DNA from: a virus
IMG/VR virus record: IMGVR_UViG_3300031772_000001
Coordinates: 64,001 to 128,000 of that record
Direction: 5' to 3' (one strand)
Length of the DNA: 64,000 nt
The first letter of the stretch is position 1. Each line of letters opens with the position of its first letter. A model generated the notes under the pieces. That model had not been told where the DNA came from and made no database searches. It saw only the letters and a program-made list of their open reading frames with translations. The position numbers were made by a program, and so were the translations under genes. This document shows, one piece after another, positions 44,936-55,094 of this stretch.

Positions 44936-45331
44936 TCAGTTTCGCTTACGACCCTCCCACGAGACAAAACCTTTCACGTCCTGATATGCCTTCTCCCAAT
45001 CACCTGTAAAAGTAACCCCTCTATCGTCTAAATATATGTCAGAAACGCACTTACGGCTGTTGGTTATCTGATCTGGGTTATCATTTATATGATCAAAAGG
45101 GATGTCATTCGACTCAAGATACTGCCTAACCTGCCCTAGCTCATCCCTCGCCGTCCAAATAATGATCTTCCAGCCATCGTCTCTCAATTTTTTCAAAAAC
45201 TTACTTGCACCCTCAATAGGCATCCCAAATCTGCCTCTGCCTTTGAAGCCCTCAGAGTAGTCCGCAATCACACCGTCAAAATCAACGGCTATTGTCTTTC
45301 TTGTATCACCATTCTGCACAGGCAGGCCCAT
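44936..45331 (-). CDS. HAD-superfamily phosphatase
   Basis: AVDFDGVI, IWTAR, K...DIYLDDR. Confidence 0.85.
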   Translation of the reverse strand: MGLPVQNGDTRKTIAVDFDGVIADYSEGFKGRGRFGMPIEGASKFLKKLRDDGWKIIIWTARDELGQVRQYLESNDIPFDHINDNPDQITNSRKCVSDIYLDDRGVTFTGDWEKAYQDVKGFVSWEGRKRN

Positions 45332-45341
45332 GATCTTCTCC

Positions 45342-45536
45342 CTATATATGTTTCACCAAAGAAGAACCATTCTTCATGTCTACAAATTCAGCATCAACCT
45401 CACCTTGGCGATTAACAACCTGAAAGGATCTCACCTCGTTTTGAACTATAGAAAAATGTACGCCCTTATATCGTTGAGTCTTACGATACTCCCTTCGTAT
45501 CTCCGCGTCGTTCACTGTATAAGTCTGCATCATCAT
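45342..45536 (-). CDS. hypothetical protein
   Basis: 64-aa ORF. Confidence 0.45.
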   Translation of the reverse strand: MMMQTYTVNDAEIRREYRKTQRYKGVHFSIVQNEVRSFQVVNRQGEVDAEFVDMKNGSSLVKHI

Positions 45537-45984
45537 TACTATCCAAAGATATGTCGTAGTAAGAACAAACAGATTTGATTATCTCGTCATCCCTCTTGAG
45601 AACCTTCTCTGCAATCAGAAGTAAAAGAACCTCTTTAATAACATACACAGAACTACTTGTTAGTTCTGGTGAGTATGAAACACAGTCAGGTGAAGTTACG
45701 TGAGGACACTTATATACATTGACACACAACCTACATCTGCTAATTACAAACCGCTCGTGAAAAGCCTTACCATCCTCACCTACCCACCTTTCAACAAACT
45801 CCTCACCCGGATCTTTCTTTATCTTCTCTCCCTCTACCCACTTATCAAGCTCCAACTTGTGAATCTCAGCAACCTGTTTCTTATGAAACGCCCCATACTC
45901 TATTGCTTTCCGAATGTTATCTTTTATCTCTCTACTATCATAATATCCAAATAATTTCAAGAGTTTTCGTAATAAAGAAAGCAT
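45481..45984 (-). CDS. hypothetical protein
   Basis: AGGAGG RBS; CRLC...C...C. Confidence 0.6.
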   Translation of the reverse strand: MLSLLRKLLKLFGYYDSREIKDNIRKAIEYGAFHKKQVAEIHKLELDKWVEGEKIKKDPGEEFVERWVGEDGKAFHERFVISRCRLCVNVYKCPHVTSPDCVSYSPELTSSSVYVIKEVLLLLIAEKVLKRDDEIIKSVCSYYDISLDSNDDADLYSERRGDTKGVS

Positions 45985-45998
45985 ATTTCAGCCTCCTA

Positions 45999-46952
45999 TT
46001 AAAGTCGTAACGAAACATACCCCCCACTTGAGAATAAAAGAAACTTCTCAAAATCACCCTGCACTACCTTTAGTCTATAACGGGTAATATACTCCCAAGA
46101 AGAATTACATCTATAGACAGGAAGATTCTCAATAAATCGAGACTTCATAATATTGTACACAGACATCATAGGGTCAGGGTTATCTCGTAGCATCTCAATC
46201 CACTTCTTGTCACACTTCTTCTCCCCATAGTAGTCAGATTTCAAAAAATTCTCTGGACATCCAAACAGGTTTGCCACTTGCACACCAAGCCTGTGCGGGA
46301 AACGAGGATACGCCGCCTTCATTGAGTCACTACTATCCCCTCCGCACAACGACCGAAAGAATGATGTATTTTGAGGCTCACAACCCTCGAAGATTTCCTT
46401 GACTTCGGCCACACCCCTCTTCAAGAACTTCTGCCCTTCACATTTATTCCATAAGAAACATCTATCAGAAACAGACTGCATAAGATCTTTATCGTACCCA
46501 TAAATCAAAACTTCTGGTACAACACCAGAAAACCTCTTTGCCAGTGTATACACTACATCATCACCCTCAAAACCATCAGAGGCAGACAAGTATACATGAG
46601 GAAACAAAGAAGCAGACTGAATTATCTCAAACAACTTAGACCATATCTCAGGTCTAAACTCTCGGTCAGCCTTATACTCGGAATTTTCTTCTTTTCTGGT
46701 GTTATTTCTTGAGTCAAGACACAAAATAATAGATGCATCTGGACTTCTTCGTATTATCATCAACAAACCATAAAGAAACCCATGAATATCTCCGGTAGAT
46801 GTTACTATCCCCGTCCGCTCATCCAACATACTGAAATCAGGATACCCAAAAAAAGACTTATGAAGTAGCCATGAAGCGTCCACAAGAAATACCTTATTGA
46901 TATTTCCGTACAGAGGACGCAGTTCTGTCTGAGGTTCAACGTGTGTTTCCAT
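45999..46952 (-). CDS. 5'-3' exonuclease (FEN / PolI N-terminal type)
   Basis: LVDAS, RKE...YKADR, FEGDDV, DKDLMQ, GDSSD. Confidence 0.92.
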   Translation of the reverse strand: METHVEPQTELRPLYGNINKVFLVDASWLLHKSFFGYPDFSMLDERTGIVTSTGDIHGFLYGLLMIIRRSPDASIILCLDSRNNTRKEENSEYKADREFRPEIWSKLFEIIQSASLFPHVYLSASDGFEGDDVVYTLAKRFSGVVPEVLIYGYDKDLMQSVSDRCFLWNKCEGQKFLKRGVAEVKEIFEGCEPQNTSFFRSLCGGDSSDSMKAAYPRFPHRLGVQVANLFGCPENFLKSDYYGEKKCDKKWIEMLRDNPDPMMSVYNIMKSRFIENLPVYRCNSSWEYITRYRLKVVQGDFEKFLLFSSGGYVSLRL

Positions 46953-47044
46953 ACCTACCTATACGAAATATGCCAGAAATCCTAAAGAAAAACCCCACGA
47001 GACACAATCCCGTAGGGTCAATATACAACAAATACACATTAAAA

Positions 47045-47506
47045 TCAAGAAATTGAAGCAACAACTTCGGAAACTGGAACAGGCACAGACTCAGGCTTGC
47101 CTGCGCCATTATTCCTTGCCTCTATCAGCTTCTCCATGATACTCTTTACTCTTTCAGGGATCTCTGGTACGTCTATGTCCCCGCTCAAAATCGTATCCCC
47201 AACCTCACCAACAATCAAAGAACACTTCTGGGATTTCAGACAATCACACAGCAGCTTAAACTCTATACTAAACTCTTCCTTCTCAGGATTATCTGTGGGA
47301 GAATCATTTTTGAAAAGATGCTGCCTAAGAAACGTCTTCACAGCCTGTCCAACCGCACATGTAAACCTCATCTCCCCAATCATTTTTACATCAGGAAGGA
47401 TAGGTGCCTCTTGAGGACTCGGCTGAAAGAACCGTAGCCTATAAAACACGGTATGCTTAGTTACATCTGTAACAAACTCGGAAAACTTCACATACGAATG
47501 AATCAC
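47045..47506 (-). CDS. hypothetical protein
   Basis: GGAGG RBS; 153 aa. Confidence 0.6.
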   Translation of the reverse strand: MIHSYVKFSEFVTDVTKHTVFYRLRFFQPSPQEAPILPDVKMIGEMRFTCAVGQAVKTFLRQHLFKNDSPTDNPEKEEFSIEFKLLCDCLKSQKCSLIVGEVGDTILSGDIDVPEIPERVKSIMEKLIEARNNGAGKPESVPVPVSEVVASIS

Positions 47507-47553
47507 TGAAACCTCCTATGAATGTGATTAAACAAAGACAACACTACTAATAA

Positions 47554-47572
47554 TACGAAAGAACATAAAAAA
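47554..47572 (-). promoter_or_regulatory. candidate phage-specific promoter T-tract...CGTA(TTAT)
   Basis: motif copy at the structural/non-structural boundary. Confidence 0.5.
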
Positions 47573-47576
47573 TACC

Positions 47577-48749
47577 TTAAATAATAGGATACTCAACACA
47601 CAAAGGGGAAATGTTTATTCCATCTACTCCTGTACCGGTAGGCCAACCTGAAAAAGACAATACCCCTGCCTTCAACACTGCAAATCCTAAATTTCCCGAT
47701 GAATCAATTTCCATACTTGCTGGTAAATTAGCTCCCGGAATACCACCACCAACCTCCCCCACTATAGAAAATCGGGCACGATTACTTGCAAGTGGTCTAA
47801 ACCCTACTGGTATAATAGCAGAAGGTAAAGATAATGTTCCCGATCCATCAACACTTCCAACTATGTTAGAAATTTCTAACCTAACTACTGTATTTGGATT
47901 TATACCCGGATAAAATATCTTCTTTCCATTAACAGAGCAAGTAACAGAATAGAGAAGTCCTGTAACAAGAACAGAAGCATTATAAAACTCACCTATTGTA
48001 CTTGGACACACATTCAAAGCATCCTTAACAGTCCTCCCCACAACAGTAGAATCATTCATCACCTCATCGGAGTGCTTATCCCGACTTTCAATATATGGAA
48101 GAACATCATACCCACCAACAACAAAGCTACAATTTCCAGCTTCAAAAAGTGTAAGTAATCCACCAGTTAGTTTATATGGTGTAAATCCTCCACAAGAAAT
48201 ATAAATTACCAACTCTCCAAAATTAACATCATTAGGTAAAAGTGAGGCAGTTACCCACAATCTATGTGATCTACCATCACCGATATGATTGTAGCTGCCC
48301 CTTACATCTGTAAACTCCGTCAAAACCCCACCAGAAATCTTCCTCTTGAATATTCCTATCTTAACATTAGGTAGACTTGTAAGAACATCACATGAAAAAG
48401 TAACCACTTGACCAACACAAAGATCCTTTGGAATTTTCTGCCATACAGAATGACTTTTAACAGCAAAAGAAGGATCTAAAATATTCCCAATAACTGCCTT
48501 AATACCCCCATAAAAAGAAGAAGTATCTACAGTAAATACCTCAGCAGAAGATATTGGTAATCCAGCACCGGGATTTACTAAATATGAAAAATTTGAGTCA
48601 ACATGCCATTTATCTGCAAATTCATCCCCACTATTAATAATAACTCTAGGTAACGTAGAAGATACAGACAAAAACTGTGGGTTAAAACAATGATTAATAC
48701 AATTCTTCAACAAAAGAGAAAACCCCTTAACACTTCCACCAGTATTCAT
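47577..48749 (-). CDS. tail fibre/receptor-binding protein
   Basis: beta-rich; C-terminal IPVGFRP motif typical of fibre tips; context. Confidence 0.6.
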   Translation of the reverse strand: MNTGGSVKGFSLLLKNCINHCFNPQFLSVSSTLPRVIINSGDEFADKWHVDSNFSYLVNPGAGLPISSAEVFTVDTSSFYGGIKAVIGNILDPSFAVKSHSVWQKIPKDLCVGQVVTFSCDVLTSLPNVKIGIFKRKISGGVLTEFTDVRGSYNHIGDGRSHRLWVTASLLPNDVNFGELVIYISCGGFTPYKLTGGLLTLFEAGNCSFVVGGYDVLPYIESRDKHSDEVMNDSTVVGRTVKDALNVCPSTIGEFYNASVLVTGLLYSVTCSVNGKKIFYPGINPNTVVRLEISNIVGSVDGSGTLSLPSAIIPVGFRPLASNRARFSIVGEVGGGIPGANLPASMEIDSSGNLGFAVLKAGVLSFSGWPTGTGVDGINISPLCVEYPII

Positions 48750-48781
48750 AAAATTTCACTCCCGGTTTATTGTCAAACAAA

Positions 48782-51700
48782 CTATCTTGACTTCAAAAGA
48801 TGTCGGCCACAAGGAACCATCATTGATGCAAATGCATCCGAAGAAAAAGAACTGTTTGCAGGATTCTCTGACCCGAATGAGAACGAAATAGCTAAACACC
48901 CTGACGAAGTTCTTGCCACAGAAAACACAGACACAAATACCTTATCACCAAAATTAATAGGAAAGAAAGTATCAAAATCTACTGCCTCAGAACGAATATA
49001 GTCACTAACAGCATGAATATTTGCATAAACATCAGAAACATCTTTAATCTTTACAATAAACTCAGGGTAAATGGCAAGGTTTGTACATAACCCTTTAATA
49101 AAATTCCCTGAATAGAAAAATTGCTGTAAAGCATCTCTAACTTTGTAAGAACTACATGATATAGCTCGGACAAACTGAAATGCACTTCCCAAAGAATACT
49201 GATTCACAATGTCATTACTCACAGAAAAAGCCCGACCATCAAAAGGTACAACTGCACGAGCCATAAAAGAATGCATCAAATAATCAACAAGTCCCCCTAC
49301 AAGACCTCCTACACCATTAAGCTGATCAAGAACATTCACTGCCCCTCGTGCGGGAATTACCTGCATATTCTTATACCCAGATCCAAAAGTTGAAACCAGC
49401 ACAGGACTCTCAGGAACATGGACAACCTTATAATCCTCTTCTGTACTTGATGACCCACCAGCAAATAATATACGTCCTGCGTGAACCCTTGGAGCATACT
49501 CAGCAAACAAAATGAAAGAATCATCTGGCAAACTTCCAATAGAATCATCATACCTTATAGCATGATCCATCGCACCACGTCCAGAATATGTCCCATTTTG
49601 TGAAGTTCCTACTCCACTTCGATCAATCATACCAAGAACAACCTTTGAAAAAGTAATATTTCTTGCAGGATTACTAGAGAGAATCTTAAACGACTTTGCC
49701 GCAAAAGTCCTGTAAACTTTACTATCCTTAAAGACATTAAAAAATGTCAAAGTCTCAGGGTATACTGCATCTTGGTATGTTAAATAATTATTCTCTGCCT
49801 TCCAACGGGGAACAGAAGATATAGTCCAATACTTCCCATTATTAGAAACACCATAAAAAATCTTCTTATATCTTATAGTATTTGCAGGAACTAAATCAGA
49901 AAAACCATCTCTCATAACATCAGGAGCATCAGTAGCCTGCAACCATATCTTATACAAACTAACCCCACCCTTTGTTTCCTTAATAACACAAACATCGTCA
50001 ATATAGTCAGGATTAATTGGGGCCGATGAATTACTTAACTGTGTATTTATTGGAGAATCCCATGTTATTCCATCTGACGACTCTGAATACCACAAAGAGT
50101 TATAAGTAATGTCCACATACCATATCTTAAACTTAGAAACAGTTGTATCATAAATAACACTAACCCTTGAAGGATAGTAAAGATTACAAGGACTAGGACT
50201 TGTCCAAACAACACCATCCGTAGAAGAATATCGAACTAAAGTAATAGTAGACCTGTCCACAACAAAAGCCTTATAAGAAGAAGGAGAGTCTTTTACAATT
50301 GAAATGCTTACAACACTTACCCCATTTGCTATTCCACTACAAACAACAGGTGAAACAGAAAAATTATTAATGTCAGTAGACTTATAAAGATAAAAACTAC
50401 CAACTATACTAACCCAAAACTTGTAATAATCATCAGAATCCTTCATACAACAACCAAAAGGAATACTTTGGGAGTTAATATGAAGAAAGTCTATCCCATT
50501 ATAAATCTTATCTGATATAAACGCAAAAGTATTCACTTTGCGTATCTGCTCATCAAATCCAAGAGGCTCATAAATATTATACCCAAATGGCTCCATCAAT
50601 GGAGTACCATCTGAGGTCAAATAAATGTTCTTTGCGCCCTTCCATACAGGAGTCCTATCAAGAAAAGAAGATCCACGAGAAAACTTGATAAAAGCCTCTC
50701 CGGTCATTGCGTCAGTTGTGTGTCCATCATTCCAACCCTGACTTGCATAACCACCACCAAATTGTTGAATAGTTCCAGTAAGAACATTACCAACTAACTG
50801 ATCCCAAGAAATAGCTACAGGAGCACCGTTATTTGCCCATGTAAACATAGGAGTCTGACCTGTAAACTGTACCCTATTAATATCTCCACTAACCCATGCT
50901 GCCAAATTTCTTACATCAATCTCAATAATATGTGAGGTAGAAGTATACTTAAAAAACCCGTAAGGGAAAATATCATCATTACTTCCATTAGGAATATAAC
51001 AAACACACGACTGAATTTCTTCAGCATCCGACCAGACCATTCTCATACCATCTGGAGATGCAGAAATTCCATTATTTGTATTTATTTTCCTACGAATTTG
51101 ATTCGTACCGGAAAAAGAAGCAGCCCTTATTCCCAAACCTTCAACCTGTTTATTTCCATAAATATCTAATTGTGTAGAAGAAGATCCTGTTGGATTTACA
51201 TACTGTTCATGCCAATAAGTTCCAAGAGAACCAGACATTAATTTATACATTGTTCTCTCATAAACTTCACCCAAATCAAAATTACCAAGAGTAACTGTGT
51301 GCCGCATATCCATAACATCACGATCAACAATACCACTCGCAGTAAGTAAATCCGGCCTCCCTGACCCACCATTAATATTATCCAAACTAAACGCACCAGA
51401 ATTTCTACGTTGTACTAAGCAAATAGGAACACACCAAGCTAACCCACCAACTCCTAAATTAGCATCACCGGAAGCTGTAAACAAACCATAATCTCCAAAA
51501 GTTGATAAAAAGTGACTTGTGGAATTTGAACCTTTTTGCCCAAACGCCCAAAGACCAGAACTCGTAAGAACATTATGAGCAGACAAAGGATTAACAGAAG
51601 TTACTACAAAATCAAGACTGAAAACTCTTATCCTATATCGAATCTGAATAAGATGTCCTGTTGTTTTATCAAGATAAACAGTACCAACTACAGAAGGATG

Positions 51701-52477
51701 TGTTGAATCATAAGTTCCATTCACTGTACCTATCACATAAGGATAATCAGATGCAGCAATTAAAGTAGGAGAAGAATCATCAGATAACACACCCCCGCCA
51801 TACTGAGTATTCCCATAGTAGAAAAACTTCGGAACAACCAAGTCAATTCGCTCTCTCCAAACTTCAAGAAATACCATATCCTGCCTAGTAGTCGTTGGAA
51901 GATTAGGAGGTGTTGGTAAAGACACGCCAATTCTATATGCAGAATCTTGAGTTTGTGATAGAACAAGCTGATAACCATTTACAAGAGCAACAATATCTGT
52001 ACCATTACTGTCAGTTTGAATAAATACCTTATTTGTCTCTGAAGAAACACACATCAAATCACCAACAACCACATTAACATCAGAAATTAACGAAGCATTC
52101 TTAACATCACCAGTATTACCAGAAAGAAACCCAGACGCGGCAAGGCTTCTTCGGTAAAAAGCCTCACGCTCCACAGAAGACAAAGCACCTGAGCTAAAGT
52201 CAACCCCGCTCAAATAATCAATAACATCATCAACTTTCTTAGCGATCAAAGAATCTCTTCCACCAAGACTCTGAAATACCGGCTTCTCAGCAGGAGCATA
52301 CACCGGCGTAGATGTATCCCAATAATTGATATTGTAAGGATCACCGGAAGCATAATTCTGTGAACTTCCCCAATTGAGATAAGAATTAGGATCAGGAGCA
52401 GGATTGAGATTAGACCACGGGTTAAGTGAAGCAGGCCCATGTCCTAAGTCATTTTTGATCGTTGTTGGAAGAGACAT
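48782..52477 (-). CDS. large tail fibre/baseplate protein with beta-propeller domain
   Basis: RQDMVFLEVW, QIRYRIR, VQRRNSGAF...GRPDL; repeated YKxW and SxDGxxW blades. Confidence 0.7.
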   Translation of the reverse strand: MSLPTTIKNDLGHGPASLNPWSNLNPAPDPNSYLNWGSSQNYASGDPYNINYWDTSTPVYAPAEKPVFQSLGGRDSLIAKKVDDVIDYLSGVDFSSGALSSVEREAFYRRSLAASGFLSGNTGDVKNASLISDVNVVVGDLMCVSSETNKVFIQTDSNGTDIVALVNGYQLVLSQTQDSAYRIGVSLPTPPNLPTTTRQDMVFLEVWRERIDLVVPKFFYYGNTQYGGGVLSDDSSPTLIAASDYPYVIGTVNGTYDSTHPSVVGTVYLDKTTGHLIQIRYRIRVFSLDFVVTSVNPLSAHNVLTSSGLWAFGQKGSNSTSHFLSTFGDYGLFTASGDANLGVGGLAWCVPICLVQRRNSGAFSLDNINGGSGRPDLLTASGIVDRDVMDMRHTVTLGNFDLGEVYERTMYKLMSGSLGTYWHEQYVNPTGSSSTQLDIYGNKQVEGLGIRAASFSGTNQIRRKINTNNGISASPDGMRMVWSDAEEIQSCVCYIPNGSNDDIFPYGFFKYTSTSHIIEIDVRNLAAWVSGDINRVQFTGQTPMFTWANNGAPVAISWDQLVGNVLTGTIQQFGGGYASQGWNDGHTTDAMTGEAFIKFSRGSSFLDRTPVWKGAKNIYLTSDGTPLMEPFGYNIYEPLGFDEQIRKVNTFAFISDKIYNGIDFLHINSQSIPFGCCMKDSDDYYKFWVSIVGSFYLYKSTDINNFSVSPVVCSGIANGVSVVSISIVKDSPSSYKAFVVDRSTITLVRYSSTDGVVWTSPSPCNLYYPSRVSVIYDTTVSKFKIWYVDITYNSLWYSESSDGITWDSPINTQLSNSSAPINPDYIDDVCVIKETKGGVSLYKIWLQATDAPDVMRDGFSDLVPANTIRYKKIFYGVSNNGKYWTISSVPRWKAENNYLTYQDAVYPETLTFFNVFKDSKVYRTFAAKSFKILSSNPARNITFSKVVLGMIDRSGVGTSQNGTYSGRGAMDHAIRYDDSIGSLPDDSFILFAEYAPRVHAGRILFAGGSSSTEEDYKVVHVPESPVLVSTFGSGYKNMQVIPARGAVNVLDQLNGVGGLVGGLVDYLMHSFMARAVVPFDGRAFSVSNDIVNQYSLGSAFQFVRAISCSSYKVRDALQQFFYSGNFIKGLCTNLAIYPEFIVKIKDVSDVYANIHAVSDYIRSEAVDFDTFFPINFGDKVFVSVFSVARTSSGCLAISFSFGSENPANSSFSSDAFASMMVPCGRHLLKSR

Positions 52478-52491
52478 TTTTCAAAACCCCT

Positions 52492-53097
52492 TTAGATAGT
52501 AGAACCAAATCGAATCTGATGCCAAATATCAAGTTTCATACCTGGAGAAATAGGAATAGGAGTAGATAGTTGCTTATATGCAATTATCCTATTTTCTTCA
52601 TTTTCATAAAAAGAACTTGCCCAAGGAACAACAGGGAAAAGACCTTCTTCATAAATAGTATGGGAACTAATAGGTTCCCAACCATTAACTTCATAAGTAA
52701 TAAAAGAATCAGGAGAGGATGGAATTACAACAGTTGAAAAAGAAAGATAAACCCCCTCTGCTGTCTCATCAGGAATAGGAACAGATAAAGGAGACAAATC
52801 AGATACAAGACGAGTCCTTGTAAGATCCATAGGATTACCTAAAGGATCAGAAAATGGAGAATGAAATCCCAACCCCATATTACTTATTTGTCGTGAAGCA
52901 TAGGTGATAGGATCAGTTGCCATCAAAGCAACATGCCGCCTACCACAATACGGGATCACATTCTTATCATGGTAGAGTAACGATGGAGTACCACGGAAAT
53001 CTCTTCTTTCCCACTGATAAATCCAAAGCTGACCCTCTATCATGTCAAAAGTATCAATATCCATTAAGAACTCCCTGCAAAAAGTACCATGAATCAA
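52492..53097 (-). CDS. baseplate/tail-fibre attachment protein
   Basis: KNVIP..GR, ISNMGLG, IYEEGLF, LDIWHQIRF pattern. Confidence 0.55.
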   Translation of the reverse strand: MIHGTFCREFLMDIDTFDMIEGQLWIYQWERRDFRGTPSLLYHDKNVIPYCGRRHVALMATDPITYASRQISNMGLGFHSPFSDPLGNPMDLTRTRLVSDLSPLSVPIPDETAEGVYLSFSTVVIPSSPDSFITYEVNGWEPISSHTIYEEGLFPVVPWASSFYENEENRIIAYKQLSTPIPISPGMKLDIWHQIRFGSTI

Positions 53098-55085
53098 TAT
53101 GGGTATCCCGTACTCTCATAAATTGGAACAGAGTGGTCATTGTGGTCATATATCCAAAGTTTATCGTTCTGGCAATCATTGTTATGAAGAACACTGTCAC
53201 CAGCAATGTTAGGTAATCCATAAGACGATTGAAATTCAAACTTACTAAAAGAGTAGTAGTTCTGACCGAACGGAAAGTACCCATTTGAGTCTATGTTAAG
53301 CTGACCAGCAATACCATAAGAATCAGGAAATGAAAACCACCCGACACCAACATTATAATATCCAGTAACTAACCCACTAACTCTCTTTAATCGCAACTGA
53401 ATCTCTTGATAAGGGGTCCAATGAAACGAAAATGTCAAAATATTGGAAGGTGTTATCCAGTAAATCCATTGATTAAGTACAGGTGCCCCAAAAACACCAA
53501 GCATAACACCACCAAAAGGATCACCTAAAAAACTTATCAATCTCAACAACAAATTCTGAGTTGTAGAATTATGCACTCCTGACATCTTTATACTAAAATC
53601 AACCTGCGTATCCCCATCTATATTTGAAAAAACTCTCCACCAAACCCCATGATCTACCGGATTAACTAACGTAGCACAATAATCTCCACTTAGGGGAGGA
53701 CGAATATCTAAAGCATACTTACCCGTAAATTCAGAGTCCCAACCGGGATCAATTATTCCACTACTAAAATCATCCCCCTTGTAAGTATCTAAGTAAACCC
53801 AAGATGGAGTTGACAAGGGATTATCGTGAAATTCACACCACCCACGATAAGGATAGCTGCTATCATACTTATGAGAAAATGGAGCATCTTCTATGTCATC
53901 CCACAAAGCACCAAAAGCATTCCCATGTGAAGCAATAGCAATCCCGTCATGCCTTGGAGGAGGAAAACACGTACTTCCATGCGTTAAACAATTTGCAGGG
54001 TTCCAATTAAACTTATCTAAAAACTTACTTGGATTTATACCATTAAGATCAGCCCAATAATGTAAGTACGGAAAAATATCGTCAGATATTGGAAGAACAT
54101 CACCACAAATAGAAGTATCTTGAGGACACTCACCAGTAAACGAAATAGCCATCACAAACTCATAAAGCAGGTGGGCAGGAATTACCTCGTCTATCCTTTT
54201 CAAAATATCATTAAAAGCCTTTGGTACTAACCCAATAAAATAGGAAAGTTCTGGTACTATTCGTATTATTGAATCTGGGTAATAAACCCACTGGTCAACT
54301 GGCTTATCTTCCCAATGACCGGGACTACTTTCATATTTATTCTCAGAAGGAACATCCCCATAATGCATAACTCGTGTATCAAGTCTGTTATTCCTGTTTG
54401 ACCACACATAGAAAATATTTACAGTCTTACCAATAGCCTCAAAAAGAACCTCATACCCGCGAGGTACGCCTTTTAACTTATACCATTGAGTTGCCCACTT
54501 AACTTCATTTCTTCTTGTCTTTTCAGAGGAAAGAGCATTGTATGAAGACCAATACATAGGACTAACATCAGGAATCTTCCCAACATTACTAGTCTCGTTT
54601 ATGCTTATATATGTATCACCACCATAAGTAACTACATCATTAACAGAATAAGAATTACTGACAGACCAGGGGGTTCCTACAGCACTTGAAGGAGTAAGTA
54701 TTAAATCTTGAAAAATAAACTCATACCCGATATTCCTTGCCAAATAGGTAAGCAACGATATTGGAACATCATCAGGATCAACCAAGGTAGCCAGCTTCTT
54801 AATCTCGTCTCGAAGACTCTGCATTGCGTCTATGGTATTCCCGTGTACATCAACAAACGAAGACGCACCCTCCAAGAAAACCTTCTGCACTAAGTAAAGC
54901 ACATACCGAAGTATCCCACGCCCGTTTGGATCTTCGGTAGGTAACTGTGCAGAAGCATACGACGGCTCTGAAGGAAGAATAGCCCTATTCTCCACATCCC
55001 CGTCTACATGCTTATCAGTAGAATCAGGAGGATCTGCCCAATCCCCCTGACCCTGCCTCCAGAAATTTCGTCGCGTCCAATCCAT
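53094..55085 (-). CDS. baseplate wedge (P2 gpI-like) protein with CBM-like insert
   Basis: DPDDVP...LTYLARNIG, WYKLKG, VIPAH. Confidence 0.75.
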   Translation of the reverse strand: MDWTRRNFWRQGQGDWADPPDSTDKHVDGDVENRAILPSEPSYASAQLPTEDPNGRGILRYVLYLVQKVFLEGASSFVDVHGNTIDAMQSLRDEIKKLATLVDPDDVPISLLTYLARNIGYEFIFQDLILTPSSAVGTPWSVSNSYSVNDVVTYGGDTYISINETSNVGKIPDVSPMYWSSYNALSSEKTRRNEVKWATQWYKLKGVPRGYEVLFEAIGKTVNIFYVWSNRNNRLDTRVMHYGDVPSENKYESSPGHWEDKPVDQWVYYPDSIIRIVPELSYFIGLVPKAFNDILKRIDEVIPAHLLYEFVMAISFTGECPQDTSICGDVLPISDDIFPYLHYWADLNGINPSKFLDKFNWNPANCLTHGSTCFPPPRHDGIAIASHGNAFGALWDDIEDAPFSHKYDSSYPYRGWCEFHDNPLSTPSWVYLDTYKGDDFSSGIIDPGWDSEFTGKYALDIRPPLSGDYCATLVNPVDHGVWWRVFSNIDGDTQVDFSIKMSGVHNSTTQNLLLRLISFLGDPFGGVMLGVFGAPVLNQWIYWITPSNILTFSFHWTPYQEIQLRLKRVSGLVTGYYNVGVGWFSFPDSYGIAGQLNIDSNGYFPFGQNYYSFSKFEFQSSYGLPNIAGDSVLHNNDCQNDKLWIYDHNDHSVPIYESTGYPY

Positions 55086-55094
55086 TAAACTGCC

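Noticed and set aside
47577-55085. Diversity-generating retroelement or invertible fibre cassette
   Set aside because: No reverse transcriptase, invertase or TR/VR repeat pair visible in the window.
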